Under the pieces are notes generated by a model. It was not told the DNA's origin. It made no database searches and worked only from the letters and a program-made list of their open reading frames with translations. Below, one piece after another: positions 8,424 to 16,593 of a stretch of 64,000 nt of DNA. The translations under genes were made by a program, and so were the position numbers. The stretch lies in assembly GCA_031553915.1 (NCBI GenBank), contig JAVBKT010000002.1:271642-335641 (forward strand), in the 5' to 3' direction. The DNA comes from Bacillota bacterium. GTDB taxonomy: Bacteria > Bacillota > Dehalobacteriia > UBA4068. Positions within the stretch are counted from its first letter, which is position 1; each line of letters begins with the position of its first letter.

Positions 8424-10697
8424 TTAATCTTCTTTTTCAGCCTCAGCAGCATCATCGCTTTCCGCGGTCTCTTCTGTTGCAGCTGTTTCTTCCACGGATT
8501 CTTCCGCAATTTCTTCAGCAGCAACTCCTTCCTCTGCCGGAGCTGCCTCTTCAACCGCTAGTTCTTCGGCAACTGCTTCCGGCTCTACTTCTTTGGTCGG
8601 CGGCTCGGTTGGCGCATCCTCCGGCAAAGTAGCTTTAATGGACAGGCTCATCCGTTTGGCTTCCGGGTCAACAGAAAGCACTTCCACTTCCACCATATCG
8701 CCTGGTTTGACAATATCCTCGGTTTTGTCCACGCGGTAATTGGCCAGCTGAGAAATATGCACCAAGCCCTCAACACCGGGCTCAACTTCCAGAAATGCAC
8801 CAAAGGTTGTGGTACGCATAACCTTTGCTGTGATGATCGTGCCCTCCGGATATTTTTCCACAACGAGGCTCCAGGGGTTGGGGATCAGCTGCTTTAAGCC
8901 CAGAGAAATCTTTTCATTTTCTCTGTCTACGCCCAAGACAAAAACCTCAATTTGATCGCCTTCTTTAAGCAAATCAGCAGGATGATTAACCCTGTACCAG
9001 GCCATTTCAGAAACATGCAGCAGCCCGTCTACACCGCCGACATCAACAAAGACGCCAAAGCTAGCTATCCGGCGCACCACGCCTTGGCGGGTCTGGCCTT
9101 CGGCAATTTCTTCCCAGGTTTTTTCTTTGTTTTCCGAGGCTGCTTTGCGCAAGACAGCCTTGGCGGAGAGCACCAGCTTATTGCTGTGCTTATCGCATTC
9201 GATAATCTTCATATCCAAGGTTTGGCCAACATAGCTGCTCAGATCCTCAACATAGCCCATCGAAAGCAAGGATGCCGGGATAAAGCCGCGCAAGCCAACA
9301 TCGACCAAAACGCCGCCTTTAACAACATCAGTGACAGTGCCGCTGACCACAGCTCTTTCTTGTTTGAGCTTTGCCAGGCGGTCCCAGGCAACATCCTGGT
9401 CAACTCTGCGTTTGGAAAGCACCGGATAACCTTCCTGGTTTTCTTTACGCAGAATCAACACTTCAATCTCATCACCGACATTAAAGCGTTCTTTGATATT
9501 AGCGGCATCATCAGTAGAAAGCTCGCTGGCGCTCAAGACGCCCTCGCTTTTACCGCCGATATCCACCAACAGCTCATCATCCTTAACCTGAACAACAACG
9601 CCTTTTACTCTGGCGCCGCGGCGAATTTCTTTCATATCACCATATTCAGCAGCAAAATCGTCTATAGTAGGCTCAGAGGGTTCTTCGTTTGCCGCACTCT
9701 CTTCGGCAAGTGGCTGGCTATCCTCTGCTACTTGCTCAGCAGGGGCGGTCACCTCTGGCTCGCTTGTTGTTTCAGACTCACAGCCGCAGCTGCAAGATTC
9801 ACTAGCTTCTTCAGCGCTTTCTTGGGTATTTTCTTCACTGTTTTCCAATTCATTTTCCATTTTTTCCAGTTCTGTCATGCTGCTTACTACCTCCTCAATA
9901 ATATGTTCCGGGGTCGAGGCTCCGGCGGTGATACCAATCCTGCCATAGCCCCGCACAATATTTAAATCCAAATCAGCAATAGACTCAATATGATAAACAT
10001 CTATACCCGCTTCTTTGGATATTTGTGCCAATTTTTTGGTGTTGGCGCTGTTCTTGCCGCCAATGACAATCATCGCTTCCACTTGAGCCGCCAGCGCTGC
10101 TGTGGCTGCCTGGCTTTGTGCCGTATGATTACAGATGGTGTTTTCAGCTACAAATTGACCTGCTTTAGCCTGCAAAATCGCTGCCAGGCTGACAAAATCT
10201 TCCACTTTTTGTGTTGTCTGGGCAATCAGGGCCATTTTTGGCTCCGGCGCAATATCCATCGCGTCATCAGGCTTTGCGATGATAATGGCCTTGCCTTCGG
10301 CATAGCCCTGCAGACCGACAACCTCGGGATGCGCTTCATCTCCGAGAATATATAAGGTGTAGCCTTGCTCAATCAATGCAGCGGCGCTATGCTGCGCTCT
10401 TTTGACAAAGGGGCAGGTAGCATCAATGAAATCAAACCCTTGTTCCTGCACCTGCCGCATAACTGCCGGGCTCACCCCGTGCGAGCGTATAATCACTGTG
10501 GCGGGGCACTTCTTAATCTGATCCAGATCATCAACCGCAATAATCTGCCCGGATAGACGGCTCATCTCCTGCGGGTTGTGAATCAACTCGCCAATCGAAT
10601 AGATATGCCCGTGTATTTTGGCTGCTGCCAGGGCCTGATCAATTGCGAGTTTCACGCCCATACAAAATCCTGATCCACTCGCTACAAGTATTTCCAT
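8424..10697 (-). CDS. ispH-rpsA: Bifunctional 4-hydroxy-3-methylbut-2-enyl diphosphate reductase / ribosomal protein S1
   Basis: GFCMG, DATCP and TIC Fe-S cysteines; HPEV; QTT; four S1 repeats in the C-terminal half. Confidence 0.95.
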   Translation of the reverse strand: MEILVASGSGFCMGVKLAIDQALAAAKIHGHIYSIGELIHNPQEMSRLSGQIIAVDDLDQIKKCPATVIIRSHGVSPAVMRQVQEQGFDFIDATCPFVKRAQHSAAALIEQGYTLYILGDEAHPEVVGLQGYAEGKAIIIAKPDDAMDIAPEPKMALIAQTTQKVEDFVSLAAILQAKAGQFVAENTICNHTAQSQAATAALAAQVEAMIVIGGKNSANTKKLAQISKEAGIDVYHIESIADLDLNIVRGYGRIGITAGASTPEHIIEEVVSSMTELEKMENELENSEENTQESAEEASESCSCGCESETTSEPEVTAPAEQVAEDSQPLAEESAANEEPSEPTIDDFAAEYGDMKEIRRGARVKGVVVQVKDDELLVDIGGKSEGVLSASELSTDDAANIKERFNVGDEIEVLILRKENQEGYPVLSKRRVDQDVAWDRLAKLKQERAVVSGTVTDVVKGGVLVDVGLRGFIPASLLSMGYVEDLSSYVGQTLDMKIIECDKHSNKLVLSAKAVLRKAASENKEKTWEEIAEGQTRQGVVRRIASFGVFVDVGGVDGLLHVSEMAWYRVNHPADLLKEGDQIEVFVLGVDRENEKISLGLKQLIPNPWSLVVEKYPEGTIITAKVMRTTTFGAFLEVEPGVEGLVHISQLANYRVDKTEDIVKPGDMVEVEVLSVDPEAKRMSLSIKATLPEDAPTEPPTKEVEPEAVAEELAVEEAAPAEEGVAAEEIAEESVEETAATEETAESDDAAEAEKED

Positions 10698-10791
10698 AAT
10701 TTCTCCTAAAAGATTAAAGAAATGCTCAGCTTATTAACTTCGCGAACTGATAAATAAAATCCTGCATAAGCGTACGGTTTTTATCAAAAGT

Positions 10792-11439
10792 TTATTCGAC
10801 AGCTTTTGGCCAAGAACGCATTTTTTTGCCTTCTTGCTTGATAATCTCCTTGTTTTGCATCACTAAAGCGCTGACCGTTTCCGCAAACAAATTATTATAT
10901 TCGGCCAAAGTTTCTTTGTCCAGCCGCCCTTCACTCTCGACAATAATTGGCTGGCCGATATTGACAATAATATTACGCCGCCAAAAACGCCAGTAATCAC
11001 CGCAATTAATCAGGCCCACCGGCAAGATCGCTACCTGGGCGCGATGAGCAATAAAAGCCGCTCCCGGCAAAAATTCGCTCATTTCCTGATCAAGGTTGCG
11101 CTTGCCCTCGGGGAAAATTGCCACCACATTACCTTGCTTAAGCTGTTTGATCACGGCGCGCATGGCAGTCAGATCAGATTCCCCTTCATTAAGAAACACC
11201 GCCTCGCAGGCGCTGAAGATAACTCTCGTCAAGGGATTTTTGGCAAAGGTTTCCTTGCCGATATAAATAATTTTCTGCGGAACCGCCTGTGCCAGCGCCG
11301 GAGGATCGCCAAAGCTGGTATGATTGGCGACAATCACATACGCTTGATCCTGGGGAATATTCTCTTTACCCAGCACACGCATCCCAGCCAGCCTCAGCGG
11401 TATGCCAGTCAAAAACTTAGCTAATGGATAGAGCGACAT
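10792..11439 (-). CDS. plsC: 1-acyl-sn-glycerol-3-phosphate acyltransferase
   Basis: NHTSFGD (HX4D) and IFPEG motifs. Confidence 0.92.
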   Translation of the reverse strand: MSLYPLAKFLTGIPLRLAGMRVLGKENIPQDQAYVIVANHTSFGDPPALAQAVPQKIIYIGKETFAKNPLTRVIFSACEAVFLNEGESDLTAMRAVIKQLKQGNVVAIFPEGKRNLDQEMSEFLPGAAFIAHRAQVAILPVGLINCGDYWRFWRRNIIVNIGQPIIVESEGRLDKETLAEYNNLFAETVSALVMQNKEIIKQEGKKMRSWPKAVE

Positions 11440-12104
11440 TACGCATCCTCCGCCAGTTCCAATATTTTTGCCGCCACTTCAGCTGCTGTCATCTGGCTGC
11501 TGTCAATCAAATATGCGTCATCTGCCTGCTTGAGCGGGGAATTGCTTCTATGCGAATCGCGATAATCGCGGGCAATAATATCTTGTTCTATCTGGTCGAT
11601 ATCCGCATCTATACCTTTTGCCTTCAACTCTTCGCAGCGTCGATAGGCCCGTTCCCTGGCATCAGCAGTCAGAAAAATTTTGCAGTCCGCATCAGGTAGG
11701 ACAACTGTACCAATATCACGGCCGTCCATGACTACAGATGTAGTCTTTGCCATTTGCTGCTGCATCTTGACCAAAAGCTCACGCACTCCCTGTACGGCGG
11801 AAACCGGGGAGGCCGCATTGCCCACCTCCGGCAGGCGAATCTCCTCACTGACATCCTCGTCATTGACAGATACCTTATAGCCGGCGCTGGTGTTTTCCAG
11901 ACGAATATCGAGCCTGGCCGTTAAATCTGTGAGCGCCTTGGCATCATCAAAAGCAATGTTTTGCCGGATTGCCATCAGAGCCACTGCCCGGTACATGGCT
12001 CCGGTGTCTATATAAAGATAGCCTAATTGCTGGGCGATTGTTTTGGCAGCAGTGCTTTTTCCTGCCGCTGACGGTCCATCAATTGCTATTTTTTTTACGC
12101 TCAT
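11439..12104 (-). CDS. cmk: Cytidylate kinase
   Basis: IDGPSAAGKST, DTGAMYR, DGRDIGT. Confidence 0.97.
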   Translation of the reverse strand: MSVKKIAIDGPSAAGKSTAAKTIAQQLGYLYIDTGAMYRAVALMAIRQNIAFDDAKALTDLTARLDIRLENTSAGYKVSVNDEDVSEEIRLPEVGNAASPVSAVQGVRELLVKMQQQMAKTTSVVMDGRDIGTVVLPDADCKIFLTADARERAYRRCEELKAKGIDADIDQIEQDIIARDYRDSHRSNSPLKQADDAYLIDSSQMTAAEVAAKILELAEDA

Positions 12105-12550
12105 GACTCTATCTCCTTCACCGCTCTATGGGCAACAGCGATAGCCACATCATCAAGGTGAATCATACCAATAGCAAAAAAAGCAGCCACACAAAGATGC
12201 TGTCCCTTGCGCGCCACGCCAATTTTGCCGCCAAAATTAAGGCCGATAGCCCGGCCCATCACCTGGGACAGAACCTCGTGCGCAGCTCCGGCAACAGCGC
12301 CCTCTTCAGCATGGTTATCAAAAATAACCTCTTCGCGTTTGCTGCCCACTACCGCCCGCTCAATAATTTTCTGCACTGAGGTGATCGCTTCACCGCCAAA
12401 ATCCATGGCAGCCAGACGCATCCCCTGCATTTCCTGCCTTTGCTTGAGCTCTTTTTCTTCTTCTCTGCTGCCGCTGATTGCCATTTGAATCGCGGCCGAG
12501 GCTACCGTTCTGCTGGTGACGTCAGAAAATGTATGTTGCCGTTCTTCCAT
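12101..12550 (-). CDS. HutP-family RNA-binding protein
   Basis: EEGAVAGAAHE, GGKIGVARKGQHLCVA and AVAHRA match the HutP fold; ATG 12550. Confidence 0.8.
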   Translation of the reverse strand: MEERQHTFSDVTSRTVASAAIQMAISGSREEEKELKQRQEMQGMRLAAMDFGGEAITSVQKIIERAVVGSKREEVIFDNHAEEGAVAGAAHEVLSQVMGRAIGLNFGGKIGVARKGQHLCVAAFFAIGMIHLDDVAIAVAHRAVKEIES

Positions 12551-12637
12551 AATTCCATCCACCTTATAAAAAATATTTGAGAATATTTTGATAAATATCC
12601 TCAAATATATTATACTACAACTTAGCGGGCATCTCAA

Positions 12638-13102
12638 CTATTTAAATACGATGATGCCCACCTCAACTATATTGCCTTTGCTGTAAACAGTCGTCTGCAA
12701 AAATTCGCTGTCAATATTGGAAGAAATAGCTGTGACCTGAAACTGCAATTCCTTCTGGTAAGCGCTGCCGTCAATACTGATAATATCTCCGGGGTAAACG
12801 CGCAGCAACAACTCAGCCTCACCCAGATCGCCATAATCCGCACCGTCAACCAAAACATGAGCATAGGCCAGGCTTAAACTGTCTTCTGTCTTGATCCTGA
12901 TATTGCCGAAAAGGCTATTATCCTCTCCTCTGACTGCAGCTGTGGGGTCGAGAATGCTGACATTTGTTTCACTAGGATTGCTTTTGGGCAAAAAAGTAAC
13001 AGCAATAAAGATTATTAAAATTATTAATAGCGCAAAGAGTAAAATCCGCTGCACTCCGGCAAAACGGTTTATTTCCTTTTGATCATTTGGGGGAGATGTC
13101 AT
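12638..13102 (-). CDS. Hypothetical single-TM protein
   Basis: AAGGAG SD; N-terminal TM; beta-rich remainder; no family recognised. Confidence 0.7.
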   Translation of the reverse strand: MTSPPNDQKEINRFAGVQRILLFALLIILIIFIAVTFLPKSNPSETNVSILDPTAAVRGEDNSLFGNIRIKTEDSLSLAYAHVLVDGADYGDLGEAELLLRVYPGDIISIDGSAYQKELQFQVTAISSNIDSEFLQTTVYSKGNIVEVGIIVFK

Positions 13103-13218
13103 GCTTGCTCCTTATGCTTAAAGCCAATTTTTAGAAGGCACGGCTTTTTCTTATCATGCATCTCACAAGTTATTTTTATGCAAAAAGCTTTTTAAAAAGA
13201 AATTTTTCGCAAAAGAAC

Positions 13219-13247
13219 TTGACAGCAAAAAGAGTTTTAGCTATAAT
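13219..13247 (+). promoter_or_regulatory. Consensus SigA promoter of the tRNA operon
   Basis: TTGACA-N17-TATAAT. Confidence 0.9.
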
Positions 13248-13305
13248 AAACAGGCTGCCGGGATTAAGCAGTAGATGTTTGGGCATGATTACTACCCTGC
13301 CCTGC

Positions 13306-13381
<76 letters not shown>

Positions 13382-13384
13382 TAT

Positions 13385-13461
13385 GGCGCAGTAGCTCAGT
13401 TGGTTAGAGTGCCAGCCTGTCACGCTGGATGTCGAGGGTTCGAGCCCCTTCTGCGTCGCCA
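13385..13461 (+). tRNA. tRNA-Asp(GTC)
   Basis: 77 nt; CCAGC-CTGTCAC-GCTGG; CCA end. Confidence 0.97.
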
Positions 13462-13464
13462 CTT

Positions 13465-13540
13465 GCCTCGGTAGCTCAGTTGGTAGAGCAGGGGACTGAA
13501 AATCCCCGTGTCGGTGGTTCGACTCCGCCCCGGGGCACCA
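13465..13540 (+). tRNA. tRNA-Phe(GAA)
   Basis: 76 nt; GGGGA-CTGAAAA-TCCCC; CCA end. Confidence 0.97.
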
Positions 13541-13544
13541 ACTT

Positions 13545-13619
13545 GCGGGTATAACTCAGTGGTAGAGTGTCACCTTGCCAAGGTGAAAGTCGAGGGTTCG
13601 AATCCCTTTGCCCGCTCCA
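13545..13619 (+). tRNA. tRNA-Gly(GCC)
   Basis: 75 nt; CACC-TTGCCAA-GGTG; CCA end. Confidence 0.97.
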
Positions 13620-13623
13620 CTAG

Positions 13624-13651
13624 AAAAACCCGTTCATCTGAACGGGTTTTT
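13624..13651 (+). terminator. Terminator of the tRNA operon
   Basis: AAAAACCCGTTCA/TGAACGGGTTTTT. Confidence 0.85.
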
Positions 13652-13682
13652 CTTCATAAAAAAATTTTAGGGGGAACCACAA

Positions 13683-14369
13683 ATGAAAAAAACACATATT
13701 CTTTTAATCGTTATGCTTATGCTTGCCCTGGTTGTCCTGACTGCCTGCGCCACTGATAATGGCGGCGATGTCAATACTGACCCGGATGTTGTTAACAATG
13801 ATGATGTTGATAACAACACTGATACCGACTCTGCGACTATCAGCCGCGGCGAGTGGAACGGCAATGTCTATACCAATGACTATGCTGGCGTTACCTTCAC
13901 CAAACCTGATGATTGGGTAATATTCACTGATGAAGAACTGGCTACATTGATGGGCACTGGCGCAGATATTTTGGCTGAGGCTGGCATGGATTTTAACGCA
14001 GCGATGATGGACCTGCAATCTCTTTATGATATGTGTTCCTTCTCCGCTGATCAAACCAGCAATGTAAGCGCCTTCTTCGAAAAAATCCCTGCCACTGGTG
14101 ATACTGCAGCACTCACAGTAAATGATTATTATGACTCTTTGTCAAGCATTTTCGACCAAGTCTATAGCACTATTGACTACACCACCAGCACCGGCACAAA
14201 ACAAATTGGCGATGCTACTTATGACTATTTGTTGTTCAGCATCAATGCTGACGGCCAGACAATGGATCAGTATTATTTCACCCGTTCCATTGATGAATAT
14301 ATGTTCTCCGTTATCGTCACTTTAAGCGGCGCCACCACCCTTGATGATGTGCTGGCTATGTTTTCTTAA
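13683..14369 (+). CDS. Acidic lipoprotein, PsbP/DcrB-like fold probable
   Basis: Lipobox LTAC; D/N-rich linker; YTNDYAGVTFTKPDDW motif. Confidence 0.75.
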   Translation: MKKTHILLIVMLMLALVVLTACATDNGGDVNTDPDVVNNDDVDNNTDTDSATISRGEWNGNVYTNDYAGVTFTKPDDWVIFTDEELATLMGTGADILAEAGMDFNAAMMDLQSLYDMCSFSADQTSNVSAFFEKIPATGDTAALTVNDYYDSLSSIFDQVYSTIDYTTSTGTKQIGDATYDYLLFSINADGQTMDQYYFTRSIDEYMFSVIVTLSGATTLDDVLAMFS

Positions 14370-14393
14370 TCACCGGCTAAACTAAATTTACCT

Positions 14394-14429
14394 AAAAAAC
14401 AACTGCTCTTATTGAGCAGTTGTTTTTTT
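14394..14429 (+). terminator. Intrinsic terminator
   Basis: AAAAAACAACTGCTC-TTATT-GAGCAGTTGTTTTTT. Confidence 0.85.
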
Positions 14430-14678
14430 ATTGCTCTTATCCTCTTCCCCACCGGGTAAATACATCTGAATACATTTGCCGATATAATAACTTTTTGTAC
14501 AAAACAGCAATATTGTCCTTGGATTCGCCTATTTTAGGCAGGTAAAGGCTTTTTCAACAAGAATCCTTATTATATATATGTGTGTGCCTGCTGATACGTA
14601 TTGTGGCTCGCGCTATTGCACAATAATAATCTTCCGTCTTTATCCTGATGCACTTGTTTACTAAAAGGAGGAGCTGTT

Positions 14679-15596
14679 ATGCGTAAAAACATTCTTATTA
14701 TTTTATGCCTCGTTTTTTGTCTCTGCCTTGCCGGCTGCGCTGTTGATGATGGGAACTCATCGCAAAATGATAACCCGGCATCGCCTACTGATGTCGTTAT
14801 TGAGCCGTCAGCGTATTTTGAGAGCGGATTCACCGAGGAAAATATCCGCACCTTCTATGCAGACCAACAAATTGAGCTGGCATATATCAACATCAATCAA
14901 GATGACCGCCTTGAGATAGACTTGGCCCTTGTTGCCTACCAAGAGGGCGCTGGCTTGGAATGGTATGAGTTTGAAACCATTGATATTGGCGCCAACCGGG
15001 CTCAAGCCTTCTCCAATTTCTGGCTGCCGCAAGAAGTTACCTTTGCTGGTTATACTGGTTTGGATATCGTGGCTAATACCTTTTGGGATGACGCGGGTCC
15101 CTATAATGAGGACGAGTTTCCCACCCATATCTCACTGGATGCTTCAGATATGGCTTATCACAGGCTTGAGCGGCCATATTTTGCGTCTCTAGCTGAAAGC
15201 TACACTGTGGGCAGAGCTAACCATGTTAAACTCAATGCCATCCGCTTCACCACTAATGGACTTGATATTGAATTCGGCTGTCCGACTGAAGATAATGTCG
15301 GCTATTATGCCGGTGGCGTCAAGCGTGCCCAGGCTCACTTCAGCTTTGACCAAGGGGCAAGCACCGGCACCATCGTGCTCAAAAACACGGAGCTTGGCAC
15401 AGCTTATAGCAGCCTCAACAATGAAGAGAATATTGATATTGTCCCTGTTAAGTCCTTTAGCATCACCGAGGACGGTGAAGATTTGATTATCACCCTTAAT
15501 CTTAACGAAGAGGTTGAATATTATAATGTAGTCTATGACTCGAGTCTGATGCATGACGGCTTCTATTCAGTAACTTTCAGCAGCAATGGCCGGTAA
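14679..15596 (+). CDS. Acidic lipoprotein, unknown function
   Basis: AAGGAGG SD; lipobox LAGC; C-terminal domain similar to that of 43365-44993. Confidence 0.8.
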   Translation: MRKNILIILCLVFCLCLAGCAVDDGNSSQNDNPASPTDVVIEPSAYFESGFTEENIRTFYADQQIELAYININQDDRLEIDLALVAYQEGAGLEWYEFETIDIGANRAQAFSNFWLPQEVTFAGYTGLDIVANTFWDDAGPYNEDEFPTHISLDASDMAYHRLERPYFASLAESYTVGRANHVKLNAIRFTTNGLDIEFGCPTEDNVGYYAGGVKRAQAHFSFDQGASTGTIVLKNTELGTAYSSLNNEENIDIVPVKSFSITEDGEDLIITLNLNEEVEYYNVVYDSSLMHDGFYSVTFSSNGR

Positions 15597-15612
15597 GCAC
15601 TGCTTGTACAAT

Positions 15613-15643
15613 AAAAAAAGCGACCCTTACGGGTCGTTTTTTT
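15613..15643. terminator. Bidirectional terminator
   Basis: A7-GCGACCC-TTAC-GGGTCGT-T run between convergent genes. Confidence 0.85.
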
Positions 15644-16541
15644 ATGCCTCCTCAACTAAACCGAGAATCACAATACCTGCCAGCACCAAAGAAATGACAA
15701 TATAATGCTGGCGGGACAGTTTTTCTTTGAGGAAAATACGGCTCCAAAGCACACTGAAAACACAATAAGAGCTAATCAGCGGCGCGGCCAAGATAGCATT
15801 GGCGCCGAGAGCAAAAATATAGGCGAATTGCCCGGCGGTTTCAAAAATGGCCGCCACCCCTTTGGGCCATTCATCGCGTGCGACTATTTTTTGCCGCCTG
15901 ATCAGCACGACATAGATGAAGCCCACAATGGCCATGGCAAAAAAGGTCAGCTCATAGGCGATATTTGCCTGAGTCTCGGCAATAAAGTTGTCCAGCCAAT
16001 AGGCATCGGCAAAAGTACCCAAGGCATCCAAAATGCAATAAATAATCGGAAAAATGATCGCCAAAATGCTGGAGGTATATTTGACATTTTGTTTTTCTCT
16101 GCGCAGCATTTTCGCGGCATTGCTTTGGCGTTTTTCAACAATAGCCAGGCCGATTACACCGCTGCAGATCAAAACAACCGCCAGCAGCTGCGCCCAACCC
16201 ATCGTCTCTTTAAGGATAAAAAAGCACAGGATGACCACAATGGCGCCGGAAGAATTGCATACCGGAGAGCTGATCGAAAGCTCAATATAGCGCAACCCCA
16301 CATAGCCAAAAATCATCGAGACTATATATAACGCTGATATAGGCAGATAAGTAATAATATCCCTAAAAGCAAACTCAGTTCCGGTGCATATCTGAATAAT
16401 GGCATGGATACCCATTACCGTGCCCACTGCCATCACCAGTTTCCAATGGCTGAACCTGTCTTTTGGGCGGGAACCCAGCTTGCTAAAAAGGTCTGATCCG
16501 CTCCAGGCAAGCACAGCGCAGAGGGATAAAACAAACCACAC
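15642..16541 (-). CDS. DMT/EamA family transporter
   Basis: About 10 TM segments in two repeats; GTG start; own TG-C-TATAAT promoter. Confidence 0.82.
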   Translation of the reverse strand: MWFVLSLCAVLAWSGSDLFSKLGSRPKDRFSHWKLVMAVGTVMGIHAIIQICTGTEFAFRDIITYLPISALYIVSMIFGYVGLRYIELSISSPVCNSSGAIVVILCFFILKETMGWAQLLAVVLICSGVIGLAIVEKRQSNAAKMLRREKQNVKYTSSILAIIFPIIYCILDALGTFADAYWLDNFIAETQANIAYELTFFAMAIVGFIYVVLIRRQKIVARDEWPKGVAAIFETAGQFAYIFALGANAILAAPLISSYCVFSVLWSRIFLKEKLSRQHYIVISLVLAGIVILGLVEEA

Positions 16542-16593
16542 TTATCAGCCACCTACTCTCAATCAAAAATTACAACTCGGTTATTATAGCATA

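Noticed and set aside
8952-9965. Long antisense ORFs (also 36664-37587, 49645-50367, 15705-16331 and similar)
   Set aside because: Shadow frames opposite well-supported genes, with no SD or recognisable motifs.
14603-14620. Sigma-54-like TGGC...TTGC upstream of the lipoprotein gene
   Set aside because: GG-to-GC spacing is 11 nt instead of the strict 10.
13620-15640. Genomic islet integrated at tRNA-Gly (two orphan lipoproteins)
   Set aside because: I found no duplicated tRNA 3' end (att site) and no integrase.
15642-16541. EamA gene as part of the NiCo-controlled operon
   Set aside because: It has its own extended -10 promoter (TG-C-TATAAT) at the end of the ATPase gene, so co-regulation is not supported, although read-through is possible.
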